Origin: Bacteroidales bacterium
GTDB lineage: Bacteria > Bacteroidota > Bacteroidia > Bacteroidales > UBA12077
Assembly (NCBI GenBank): GCA_963665525.1
Contig: OY762280.1
Span: 3,597,410-3,661,409 of the forward strand
Direction of reading: 5' to 3'
DNA: 64,000 nucleotides
Of this stretch, positions 18,351 through 27,422 are shown piece by piece. The translations under genes and the position numbers were made by a program. The notes beneath the pieces are model-generated. The model saw only the letters and a program-made list of their open reading frames with translations. It was not told where the DNA came from and searched no databases. The number at the start of each line of letters is the position of its first letter. Position 1 is the first letter of the stretch.

Positions 18351-20651
18351 ATGAAGATTAATGCAAAAATGTTGGTATATATCTTGTCGACATCAACACT
18401 CATTTTTATTGTTTCGATAGGATATATAACCACCAAGTCCAGACACATGGCTTTAGAAGAATCGCGTGAGGTTGCAAATCAAAATGCACATCAGTATGCT
18501 AACCTTATTAAATCAGAGTTAGCTTCGGATTTAAGCATTACCCAGACTTTAGCACAAGCCGGACAGGCATATCAAAAACTACCATGGAATGACTGGAATA
18601 AAATTTTCCTTGAACAACAATTGCATATTATAAACGAAAACCCTCATTATTTAGCCGTTGCAACAAGTTGGGAACTAGATCAAATTGATCCAACATGGGA
18701 TAAACCGTTTGGAAGATACTTAAATGGTTGGGTAAGAGATCATGATGGTCATATCAATCAGATTGAAACACAATTAAATACCGATGGTGATGATTTAACA
18801 GGAAATTATTATGCCATGAAATCTACCGGAATTTCTATGATTGTTGACCCCAAATTATGGTCGCCCACAGGAAAAGAAGAAGATTCGTACATCAATACAA
18901 ATATCTCAGTACCTATTAAGATTGGAAATACCTTTATTGGGTTAGCAGGAGTCGATGTTGATCTGCAAAGATTTCAGGATATTATTGTTAAGATACAACC
19001 ATTTAAAGATAGCTATGCTTTCTTAGTTTCAAACGACGGTACTTTCGTAGCCCACCCCGATAGAAAACTCATGGGTAAACTCATTCGTGAAGAAATGCCC
19101 GAATTAAATAATAAGTACGATATAGTAAATCAAATTCAGGCTGGCGCCAATTTTTCTTTCACACATACTAATACCAGTAAGCAAGATAATTTTTATGTTT
19201 TTGCTCCTTTAAAAATCGAAAACATTGAAACTCCTTGGTCACTAGCTATTGTTGTACCAAATAAAGTGATTACATCGAAAGCTTCAAATATTCTATACAA
19301 AGCATTATTAGTTAGTTTTATTGGTCTGTTGTTGTTAACAATCGTTATCTGGTATATTGCAAGAAACATAACAAGTCCGATTATTCGAGTAACCGAAATA
19401 CTTAAAAGTCTGGCAAAAGGTCAAATTAACAAATCTTTAATGATGAAGGTAGACTCCAAAGATGAAGTTGGAGAAATGACCGCAGCTTTAAATACTTCAA
19501 TCGAAGGATTAAATGAAAAAGCTGAGTTTGCAAATCAAATCGGGACAGGTAAAGTTGATTGTGAATTAAACTTATTAAGTAATGAAGATCATTTGGGGCA
19601 ATCATTAATTAATATGCGTAATAGTTTGTTAAAAGCAAGATCAGAAGAAGAAAAACGCAAAGAAGAAGATGGTAAACGTAGATGGATTAATGAAGGTCTA
19701 GCAAAATTTGCTGAGATTCTAAGAAAAAATAATGATGAGATTAAAATCCTGGCAAATGATGTTATCAAAAACCTGGTGAACTATCTTAATGCAAATCAAG
19801 GAGGATTATTTATCTTAAACGAAGAAGAAAAATCGATTGTTATGTATGATCTTTTAGCTGCTTTTGCATACGATCGGGAAAAACATCTTAAGAAACAAAT
19901 TGAGTTGGGAGAAGGTCTGGTAGGAACATGTGCTGCAGAAAAAAACACCATTTATCTCACTGAAATTCCTGAAGATTATATGCAAATTACTTCCGGTTTA
20001 GGAGATGCTAATCCTAAAAGCTTATTGCTGGTGCCATTAAAAACAGAAAATGATATTTTAGGTATTATCGAAATTGCATCATTTCATAAAATCAAAAAAC
20101 ATGAAATTGAATTTACAGAAATGGTTGCTCAAAGTATTGCCTCAACACTTAAAGCTGTGAGAATAAATACAACTACCTCGCAACTCTTAGAACAATCTCA
20201 GCAACAAGCCGAAGAAATGGCAGCACAAGAAGAAGAAATGCGTCAAAACATGGAAGAACTCCAAGCAACTCAAGAAGAATCAACAAGAAAAGGTGAAGAG
20301 TTTAGTGGCATTCTGAATAGTATTGACCAATTTCTTATCAAAGCTGAATTCAATTTAAATTTTGAACTTATAAATGCCAATGGATTGTTCTTAAGTAAGT
20401 TTAAATATAAAATGAATGAAATTGTTGGTAAAGAAGCCGAAGAGTTTGTAGTTGAAAAAGATTTAACAAAATTCCAAAAAATGATCAATACAGTTTTATC
20501 GGGAAATGCACAAAATGAGATAACAAATCTAAAAAATAAAGATGGTGATGAGTTAAAACTAATTACATCATTTACACCTGTATATATTGATGAAACTTTT
20601 GAAAAAATCTTATTCTTGGCAGTAGATATTAGTCAATATAAAAACTCTTAA
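18351..20651 (+). CDS. Sensor paralogue A: TM, periplasmic Cache-like domain, TM, HAMP, GAF, acidic coiled coil, PAS; no recognisable output domain
   Basis: TM1 LVYILSTSTLIFIVSIGYI. The periplasmic region of about 300 aa contains SWELDQIDPTWDKPFGRY and IGLAGVDVDLQRFQ. TM2 ALLVSFIGLLLLTIVIWYIA. HAMP ITSPIIRVTEILKSLAKG...EVGEMTAALNTSIEGLN. GAF NEGLAKFAEILR...ANQGGLFIL...GEGLVGTCA...LGIIEIASF. Coiled coil QQQAEEMAAQEEEMRQNMEELQATQEE. The C-terminal 120 aa or so are PAS-like. Confidence 0.8.
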   Translation: MKINAKMLVYILSTSTLIFIVSIGYITTKSRHMALEESREVANQNAHQYANLIKSELASDLSITQTLAQAGQAYQKLPWNDWNKIFLEQQLHIINENPHYLAVATSWELDQIDPTWDKPFGRYLNGWVRDHDGHINQIETQLNTDGDDLTGNYYAMKSTGISMIVDPKLWSPTGKEEDSYINTNISVPIKIGNTFIGLAGVDVDLQRFQDIIVKIQPFKDSYAFLVSNDGTFVAHPDRKLMGKLIREEMPELNNKYDIVNQIQAGANFSFTHTNTSKQDNFYVFAPLKIENIETPWSLAIVVPNKVITSKASNILYKALLVSFIGLLLLTIVIWYIARNITSPIIRVTEILKSLAKGQINKSLMMKVDSKDEVGEMTAALNTSIEGLNEKAEFANQIGTGKVDCELNLLSNEDHLGQSLINMRNSLLKARSEEEKRKEEDGKRRWINEGLAKFAEILRKNNDEIKILANDVIKNLVNYLNANQGGLFILNEEEKSIVMYDLLAAFAYDREKHLKKQIELGEGLVGTCAAEKNTIYLTEIPEDYMQITSGLGDANPKSLLLVPLKTENDILGIIEIASFHKIKKHEIEFTEMVAQSIASTLKAVRINTTTSQLLEQSQQQAEEMAAQEEEMRQNMEELQATQEESTRKGEEFSGILNSIDQFLIKAEFNLNFELINANGLFLSKFKYKMNEIVGKEAEEFVVEKDLTKFQKMINTVLSGNAQNEITNLKNKDGDELKLITSFTPVYIDETFEKILFLAVDISQYKNS
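20199..20279 (+). other. Invariant coiled-coil motif QQQAEEMAAQEEEMRQNMEELQATQEE (paralogue A)
   Basis: Read directly from the translation. The same 27-aa block recurs in B, C and D with synonymous codon differences. Confidence 0.9.
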
Positions 20652-20704
20652 TCATTGTTTGCGTAAAATAATTCGATATTTTAAAAAATAAAATTATACC
20701 TCTT

Positions 20705-23017
20705 ATGAAACTTAGGCTCGGTTTAAAAAATAAAATGCAACTGTACTTAATATCCTTGTCAGTTGCCATTTATGTTATTGCAATTGGCTATATCAGTATT
20801 AGTGCAAAAAAGACCACTTATCAGGATTCTGTTGAACTCGTAAATGCAAATGCCGAAAAATATGCGTATAAAATGCAATCAGATCTTAATGAATATATGG
20901 CCGTTGTAAGAACGTTGTCATCTGCATTTACCATATATCCTGAAATGTCGAGAGATGAATGGGAGCCTTTGTTTATTAAAATGTATGACAAAATTTATCG
21001 AAATAATCCTGCTTTTTATAAACTTTGGGATAGCTGGGAGCTCAATAAAGTGGATGAGAACTGGTATCAAGCTACTGGAAGAATTGCAAATGTTTTTTCC
21101 CGGGTCAACGGAACGGTTTTACAAAAACAGGATATTAGAAGCCTGGATGGTGATAACCCTACTTATGCTAATATAAAATCGAAAGCTAAGGAAATGGTTC
21201 TACCAATATATTTTGATGTGTTTACAGATGAAGGTGAAACCTCAAAATTAATGACCAGTCTTGTTACTCCCATTTTAATTGATCATGAGTATCATGGAAT
21301 GGTTGGTATAGATTTAATCCTAGAACGTTTTCAAAAAATGGTTGGGAATATAAATCTATCTCAGTTTCCTGGAAGTTATGCTGTGTTAATCACTGAGGAA
21401 GGAAAATATGCAAGTCATCCTCAATCAGAATTATTAAATCAAATGGCAGACTTTTCTTTAAAATCTCAGGAAGATTTTAATATACTTGAAGAAATTGAGC
21501 CCGGAGAAAGTTTCAACATTCTTTCTGTTGACAGTATAGGAAAAACACATTATGTTTCTTTTGCCCCAATCAATATAGGAAAAACAAATACTCCCTGGTT
21601 TTTAGCAGTTTCTGTACCTCTAAACTCCATCATGGCTCAAGCCGACAGAAACTTTATGATCTCCTTGATTGTAGGTATTATTGGCATCATGTTACTTAGC
21701 TTTGCCATATATATCATTACAAAAAATATCTCAAACCCTATACAAAGAATAACCGAGTTTTTAAAAGAGTTAGCTAAAGGAAAAACAGATAGTAAACTGA
21801 ATATTGATGTTACATCGGGTGATGAAATTGAAGAGATGACATTAGCACTAAAAACTTCAATTAATGGATTAAATTTAAAAACAGAATTTGCAAATAATAT
21901 TGGTAAAGGAAACTTAGAATATGAATTTAATTTACTTAGCGATGAAGACAAACTGGGACAGGCCCTAGTTAACATGCGCAATAGCCTTAGGCAGGCTCAG
22001 GATGATGAAAGTGAACGTAAGATCCAAGACGAAAAACGAAGATGGACCAATGAAGGACTTGCAAAGTTTGCTGACATCTTGCGCCAAAATAATGATAATC
22101 TGGATACGCTTTCCAATGAGATTATAAAGAACCTGGTCTATTATCTAGAAGCTAACCAGGGTGGGTTATTCATTCTCGATGATGAAGATAAAAATAATAT
22201 ATTTCTTGATTTAGTTTCTGCATTTGCCTTTGATAGAAAAAAATATCTCGAAAAAAGAATCGCATATGGAGATGGAATTGTAGGTTCCGTTGCTATAGAA
22301 AAACTAACCACTTATATTGAAGATCTACCTAACGAATATATCAAGATTATATCTGGTTTAGGAGGCTCTAACCCTAACGCACTGTTAGTAGTTCCTCTTA
22401 CATTGGAAGAAAAAGTTTATGGTGTTTTAGAAATTGCATCATTCAATAAATTTGAAAAATATCAAATTGAATTTGTTGAAAAAGTGGCTCGTGATATTGC
22501 AGCGACCTTATCATCTGTAAAAATTAGTATTCAAACCAATGAGCTACTGGAAAAATTCCAACAACAATCAGAAGAAATGGCAGCTCAGGAAGAAGAAATG
22601 CGCCAAAACATGGAAGAACTGCAAGCAACCCAAGAAGAAGCTGGGCGCAAAAATGCTGAAATGGAAAGTTTCCTTAGTGCCTTAGATAAGTCCAGTTGTA
22701 CTGTTGAGTACAACCCTGAAGGGTTTATAACTAAAGTTAACGACAACTATTTAAACCTTCTAAACCTAAACCTCTCTGAAGTTCTGGGAGTACATCATTC
22801 TGATAAGATGAAATTTACAACAAAGCAAAAAGAAGAATACGATAAATTTTGGGATGATTTAAGAAACGGAATCACAAAGAAAGAAAAAACAAGTTTTGTG
22901 GTTAGAGGCAAAGAAATAATTCTTTATGAGGTTTATACTCCTATTAAAGACGAAAATGACATCGTTAAAAGAATCCTTAAAATATCAAATAATATTAGTG
23001 ATTTTGAAGAATTATAA
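20705..23017 (+). CDS. Sensor paralogue B (same architecture)
   Basis: Collinear with A, C and D. WDSWELNKVDENW, HAMP NISNPIQRITEFLKELAKG...EIEEMTLALKTSINGLN, GAF RRWTNEGLAKFADILRQNNDN...ANQGGLFIL, the coiled-coil motif, and a C-terminal PAS (CTVEYNPEGFITKVNDNYLNLL...EYDKFWDDLRNG). Confidence 0.8.
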   Translation: MKLRLGLKNKMQLYLISLSVAIYVIAIGYISISAKKTTYQDSVELVNANAEKYAYKMQSDLNEYMAVVRTLSSAFTIYPEMSRDEWEPLFIKMYDKIYRNNPAFYKLWDSWELNKVDENWYQATGRIANVFSRVNGTVLQKQDIRSLDGDNPTYANIKSKAKEMVLPIYFDVFTDEGETSKLMTSLVTPILIDHEYHGMVGIDLILERFQKMVGNINLSQFPGSYAVLITEEGKYASHPQSELLNQMADFSLKSQEDFNILEEIEPGESFNILSVDSIGKTHYVSFAPINIGKTNTPWFLAVSVPLNSIMAQADRNFMISLIVGIIGIMLLSFAIYIITKNISNPIQRITEFLKELAKGKTDSKLNIDVTSGDEIEEMTLALKTSINGLNLKTEFANNIGKGNLEYEFNLLSDEDKLGQALVNMRNSLRQAQDDESERKIQDEKRRWTNEGLAKFADILRQNNDNLDTLSNEIIKNLVYYLEANQGGLFILDDEDKNNIFLDLVSAFAFDRKKYLEKRIAYGDGIVGSVAIEKLTTYIEDLPNEYIKIISGLGGSNPNALLVVPLTLEEKVYGVLEIASFNKFEKYQIEFVEKVARDIAATLSSVKISIQTNELLEKFQQQSEEMAAQEEEMRQNMEELQATQEEAGRKNAEMESFLSALDKSSCTVEYNPEGFITKVNDNYLNLLNLNLSEVLGVHHSDKMKFTTKQKEEYDKFWDDLRNGITKKEKTSFVVRGKEIILYEVYTPIKDENDIVKRILKISNNISDFEEL
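22559..22639 (+). other. Invariant coiled-coil motif QQQSEEMAAQEEEMRQNMEELQATQEE (paralogue B)
   Basis: Read directly from the translation. There is one substitution relative to A, C and D (A to S). Confidence 0.9.
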
Positions 23018-23029
23018 AAACCATCTTGA

Positions 23030-25336
23030 ATGAAAATAAAACTTAAAATCCAGCAAAAAATACAGTTATTTATTATCTCAACCTCGATTATTATTTATGT
23101 AATAGCTGTAGGTTATATTAGTCTAAATGCAAAAAAAATTGCATACACTGATGCCACAAACATTACGGATCGTTACGTACATGAAGCTGCCAATAAGGTA
23201 AAAGCCAATCTTGATGCAGATCTTACACTTGTAAAAACCTTGGCTGAAGCATTTCATACCTACAAATATCTTCCGAACGAAGAATGGCAAGATCTTTATT
23301 CAAAAATGTATCATGAAGTGTTCAAGAAAAACCCACATATTTATAGTCTCTGGGATAGCTGGGAACTCAATGCAATTGATCCTGAATGGGATCGACCAAC
23401 CGGACGATTTGTAATTATTTACTGGAGAGAAAATGGAGAAATAAAATTTAACTTCGAACAACGAAGCTTAGATGGAGATCCCGAATTGTATGCTGCTATT
23501 AAGACAAAGAAAATACCTTCCATTTGGGAACCATATGAAGATGTTTTTACTGAAAACAAAGCCGATAAGTTTTTAATGACCAGCCTCAATGCTCCAATCC
23601 TTGAAAACGGAAATTATGTTGGAATAGTAGCTATAGATATTACATTAGATCGATTTCAGGAACTTGTTGAAGAGATCAAGCCTTTTAAAGGAAGCTATGC
23701 ATATTTAGTATCAAACAAAGGGGCCATTGCAGGTCATCCTGATAAAGAACTTCTTAATGTAAACATTCAGGATCTTATTCCAGAGGATAATAAAAAGTAT
23801 GATATTATTAAAACTATTAGCCAGGGAAAAAGCTTAAGCTACACTAGTATTGATGAGAATGGAGTGGAAAATTATGTTTCTTATGCTCCAATATTTGTAG
23901 GTAAAACAGGAACCCCATGGTCTATTGCCATATCAGTTCCTGTGAAAACAATCATGGCTAAAGCAAATAGAAACTTTACAATATCTATGATTGTTGGCAT
24001 TATTGGCATTTTATTAATTGTTCTGGTAATAGCTTTTATAAGCAAAAATATCACGAATCCTCTTTCTAAAATAACAAGCTTGCTCAATAAGCTCTCAAAA
24101 GGACACATTGATGAGCAAATGAGGATCAAAATTGAAACAGGAGATGAAATTGAAGAAATGACAGATGCTCTGAATAATTCAATTGATGGTTTAAATAAAA
24201 AAGTAGATTTTGCTAATCATATTGGAAAAGGAGCATTAAATCATGATTTTGAATTATTAAGTGATGAAGATGTTTTAGGTAAATCCCTACTTAACATGCG
24301 CAATAGTTTGATGGAAGCCGAAGAAGAGGATAAGAAACGAAAAATTGAAGACGAAAAACGACGTTGGACTAATGAAGGATTAGCAAAATTTGGAGATATT
24401 TTGCGTCAAAACAATGACAACCTGGAAGAACTAGCAACTGAAATAATCATGAATTTAGTTGCTTATTTAGAAGCCAATCAGGGTGGTATATTTATTTTAA
24501 ATGATGATGATAAACAAAACATCCATTTTAATCTTTTGTCGGCTTACGCTTACGATAGAAGAAAATACATGAATAAGCAAATTCAGTTAGGTGAAGGATT
24601 GGTTGGGAATTGTGCCATTGAGAAAAAAACTGTATTTATGACGGATATTCCACAAGACTATATGGAGATTACTTCCGGTCTTGGAGGATCGAACCCGAAT
24701 AGCTTACTTATAGTGCCACTTAAACTCGAAGATGATGTTCTTGGAATTCTCGAAATTGCATCTTTTAATATATTTGAGAAACATGAAATAGAATTTGTTG
24801 AAAAACTTGCAGAAAGTATCGCATCAACATTATCTTCTGTACGAATTAACATTAGAACATCTGAACTACTAGAACGCTCACAGCAACAAGCTGAAGAAAT
24901 GGCTGCACAAGAAGAAGAGATGCGTCAAAATATGGAGGAGTTGCAAGCAACGCAAGAAGAGTCTACACGTAAAAGTGCCGAAATGGAAGGACTCGTTCAA
25001 GCTCTTAATATTTCAAGTTATGTAATTGAATACGATCTGGACGGAAATATTCAAAATGTAAATGATAATTATCTTTCATTATTAGGATTATCTAAAGAAC
25101 AGGTAATCGGCACTCATCATTCCGGTAATATGGATTTTACGGATCAACAAAAAGGTGAGTATGAAAAGTTCTGGAGAGAATTAAGAGCTGGAAATGTGAA
25201 AAAAGAAACCACAAAAGTGAAAATAAATGATAAGGAACTTATTTTTGCCGAAACATATACACCAATCAGAAATGCCGACGGAGATGTTTATAAAATCCTG
25301 AAGATTTCAAATAACATCACCGACTTTCATGATTAA
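23030..25336 (+). CDS. Sensor paralogue C (same architecture)
   Basis: Collinear with B and D. The start is 12 nt after the stop of B. C-terminal PAS ALNISSYVIEYDLDGNIQNVNDNYLSLLGLSKEQVIGTHHS...EYEKFWRELRAGNVKKE...YTPIRNADGDVYKILKISNNITDF. Confidence 0.8.
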   Translation: MKIKLKIQQKIQLFIISTSIIIYVIAVGYISLNAKKIAYTDATNITDRYVHEAANKVKANLDADLTLVKTLAEAFHTYKYLPNEEWQDLYSKMYHEVFKKNPHIYSLWDSWELNAIDPEWDRPTGRFVIIYWRENGEIKFNFEQRSLDGDPELYAAIKTKKIPSIWEPYEDVFTENKADKFLMTSLNAPILENGNYVGIVAIDITLDRFQELVEEIKPFKGSYAYLVSNKGAIAGHPDKELLNVNIQDLIPEDNKKYDIIKTISQGKSLSYTSIDENGVENYVSYAPIFVGKTGTPWSIAISVPVKTIMAKANRNFTISMIVGIIGILLIVLVIAFISKNITNPLSKITSLLNKLSKGHIDEQMRIKIETGDEIEEMTDALNNSIDGLNKKVDFANHIGKGALNHDFELLSDEDVLGKSLLNMRNSLMEAEEEDKKRKIEDEKRRWTNEGLAKFGDILRQNNDNLEELATEIIMNLVAYLEANQGGIFILNDDDKQNIHFNLLSAYAYDRRKYMNKQIQLGEGLVGNCAIEKKTVFMTDIPQDYMEITSGLGGSNPNSLLIVPLKLEDDVLGILEIASFNIFEKHEIEFVEKLAESIASTLSSVRINIRTSELLERSQQQAEEMAAQEEEMRQNMEELQATQEESTRKSAEMEGLVQALNISSYVIEYDLDGNIQNVNDNYLSLLGLSKEQVIGTHHSGNMDFTDQQKGEYEKFWRELRAGNVKKETTKVKINDKELIFAETYTPIRNADGDVYKILKISNNITDFHD
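24881..24961 (+). other. Invariant coiled-coil motif QQQAEEMAAQEEEMRQNMEELQATQEE (paralogue C)
   Basis: Read directly from the translation. Confidence 0.9.
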
Positions 25337-25367
25337 GAATACCTAACCCTAACCCTTACATAATACC

Positions 25368-27398
25368 ATGAAATTTAAACTTAAAATTCAACAAAAGATA
25401 CAGATGTTTATTATCTCGGCTTCCATTATAATATATATTGTAGCCCTTGGATACATAAGCTTACAGGCACGTAAAATGGCTTATAATGATGCCATAAATA
25501 TAACGGATCAATATGTTCAGAACTACGCAAAAGATATTGCAGATCAACTGAATTCTGATATGACTGTAGTGAAGACTTTATCCAATGCCTTTCTTATTTA
25601 TGAAACATTGCCAAAATCAGAATGGAAAAACCTTTTTAAAGAAATGTACTTAAAGGTTTATAGCCAATATCCGCATTTTAATTCTCTGTGGGATAGCTGG
25701 GAATTAAGTGCCATCGATTCAACATGGACAAAATCTCATGGTCGTTATGTAATGATGGTTGCCAGAGATATCTCCGGAAAGATAATTACTGATTCTAGCT
25801 ATAGAAGTATTGAAAAAGAATCTCAGATTTATGACAAGATTATTAAGAAAAGAAGAGTTCCTTCTATCTGGGAACCATATCTTGATAACTACGCTGTTGG
25901 AGAAAATGAAAGAAGTCTAATGACTACCTTAAACTCCCCGATAATGAATGATAATAAATATATTGGAATTGTTGGGATTGATATTAGATTAGACAATTTC
26001 CAACAAATTGTTTCAGAAATTAACCCTTTTGAAGGTAGTTATGCATACATGATTTCATACGGAGGACTTATTGCAGGTCATCCTAACAGGGAATATCTTC
26101 AGGTGAACCTTGAAGATGTATTACCTTATGACTTTGAAACGTATAATATTCTTAGAAATATTCAGTCTGGTAAACCATTTAGTTATACCAGCATAAATGA
26201 GGAGGGTTTAGAATTATATTATTCTTATGCCCCTATCATTGTTAAAGGAACGAATACGCCTTGGTCAATTGCAATCTCTGTTCCTGTTAAAACCATTATG
26301 GCAGCAGCAAATAAAAGCTTTCGCATTTCGCTCATTGTTGGAATACTAGGAATACTTCTTTTAGTATTTGTTATTGCTATCATTAGTAAAAACATTACGA
26401 ATCCATTAACTAAAATAACTAAACTATTAAAGTTGCTAGCCAAAGGACATATTGATGAGAAAATGCGAATTAAAATACACACCGGCGACGAAATTGAGGA
26501 AATGTCAGATGCTCTTAACATGTCAATTAATGGATTAAATAAAAAAGTTGAGTTCGCCAACCACATAGGTAAAGGAGAACTAAATCATGAATTTAACTTA
26601 CTAAGCGATGAAGATATTCTTGGAAAATCATTAATAGATATGAGGACCAGTTTAATTAAAGCTGATGAAGAAGATGAAAAACGAAAGATCGAAGATGAAA
26701 AACGCAGATGGACCAATGAAGGATTAGCACAATTTGCAGATATCTTACGCCAGAATAATGATAACCTGGAAGTTTTAGCTACTGAAATTATTATGAACCT
26801 GGTTAATTATTTAAAAGCTAATCAAGGTGGCTTATTCATTTTAAACGATGATGACAAACAAAATATTCACTTTAATCTACTCTCTGCCTTTGCATACGAT
26901 CGTAGAAAATTTATGCAAAAACATATTCAAATTGGTGAAGGATTAATAGGTACTTGTGCTATTGAAAAGAAAACCATTTTTATGACTGATGTGCCTCAAG
27001 ATTATATGGAGATAACATCCGGATTAGGTGGTGCAAATCCTGGTAGTTTGCTTATTGTTCCATTAAAACTCGAAGATGAGGTTTTAGGTGTAATAGAAAT
27101 TGCATCCTTCAATAAATTTGAAAAACATGAAATAGAATTTGTTGAAAAATTGGCTGAAAGCATTGGATCCACATTATCTTCTGTTCGAATAAATATAAGA
27201 ACGAATGAGTTACTTGAGAAATCACAACAACAAGCTGAAGAAATGGCTGCTCAGGAAGAAGAAATGCGTCAAAACATGGAAGAATTACAAGCTACACAAG
27301 AAGAAATGAAGCGAAAAGAAGATCATTTGAAAGAAATTATTAATAAACTAAAAGAAAAAGGCAACTTTAGTGAAGAAGATTTAGATTTTACTTATTAA
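25368..27398 (+). CDS. Sensor paralogue D (TM, Cache-like domain, TM, HAMP, GAF, coiled coil; lacks the C-terminal PAS)
   Basis: Very similar to C through the coiled coil (for example MKFKLKIQQKIQMFIISASIIIYIVALGYISL versus MKIKLKIQQKIQLFIISTSIIIYVIAVGYISL). It ends 31 aa after ELQATQEE with MKRKEDHLKEIINKLKEKGNFSEEDLDFTY. Confidence 0.8.
   Translation: MKFKLKIQQKIQMFIISASIIIYIVALGYISLQARKMAYNDAINITDQYVQNYAKDIADQLNSDMTVVKTLSNAFLIYETLPKSEWKNLFKEMYLKVYSQYPHFNSLWDSWELSAIDSTWTKSHGRYVMMVARDISGKIITDSSYRSIEKESQIYDKIIKKRRVPSIWEPYLDNYAVGENERSLMTTLNSPIMNDNKYIGIVGIDIRLDNFQQIVSEINPFEGSYAYMISYGGLIAGHPNREYLQVNLEDVLPYDFETYNILRNIQSGKPFSYTSINEEGLELYYSYAPIIVKGTNTPWSIAISVPVKTIMAAANKSFRISLIVGILGILLLVFVIAIISKNITNPLTKITKLLKLLAKGHIDEKMRIKIHTGDEIEEMSDALNMSINGLNKKVEFANHIGKGELNHEFNLLSDEDILGKSLIDMRTSLIKADEEDEKRKIEDEKRRWTNEGLAQFADILRQNNDNLEVLATEIIMNLVNYLKANQGGLFILNDDDKQNIHFNLLSAFAYDRRKFMQKHIQIGEGLIGTCAIEKKTIFMTDVPQDYMEITSGLGGANPGSLLIVPLKLEDEVLGVIEIASFNKFEKHEIEFVEKLAESIGSTLSSVRINIRTNELLEKSQQQAEEMAAQEEEMRQNMEELQATQEEMKRKEDHLKEIINKLKEKGNFSEEDLDFTY
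27225..27305 (+). other. Invariant coiled-coil motif QQQAEEMAAQEEEMRQNMEELQATQEE (paralogue D)
   Basis: Read directly from the translation. Confidence 0.9.
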
Positions 27399-27422
27399 GA
27401 TACAGCATTCATATTAAACGAT

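Noticed and set aside
25342-25358. A telomere-like CCTAACCCTAACCCTTA between paralogues C and D.
   Set aside because: It is only two hexamer units in a 31-nt intergenic spacer. It is most likely coincidental and is too short to call a repeat.
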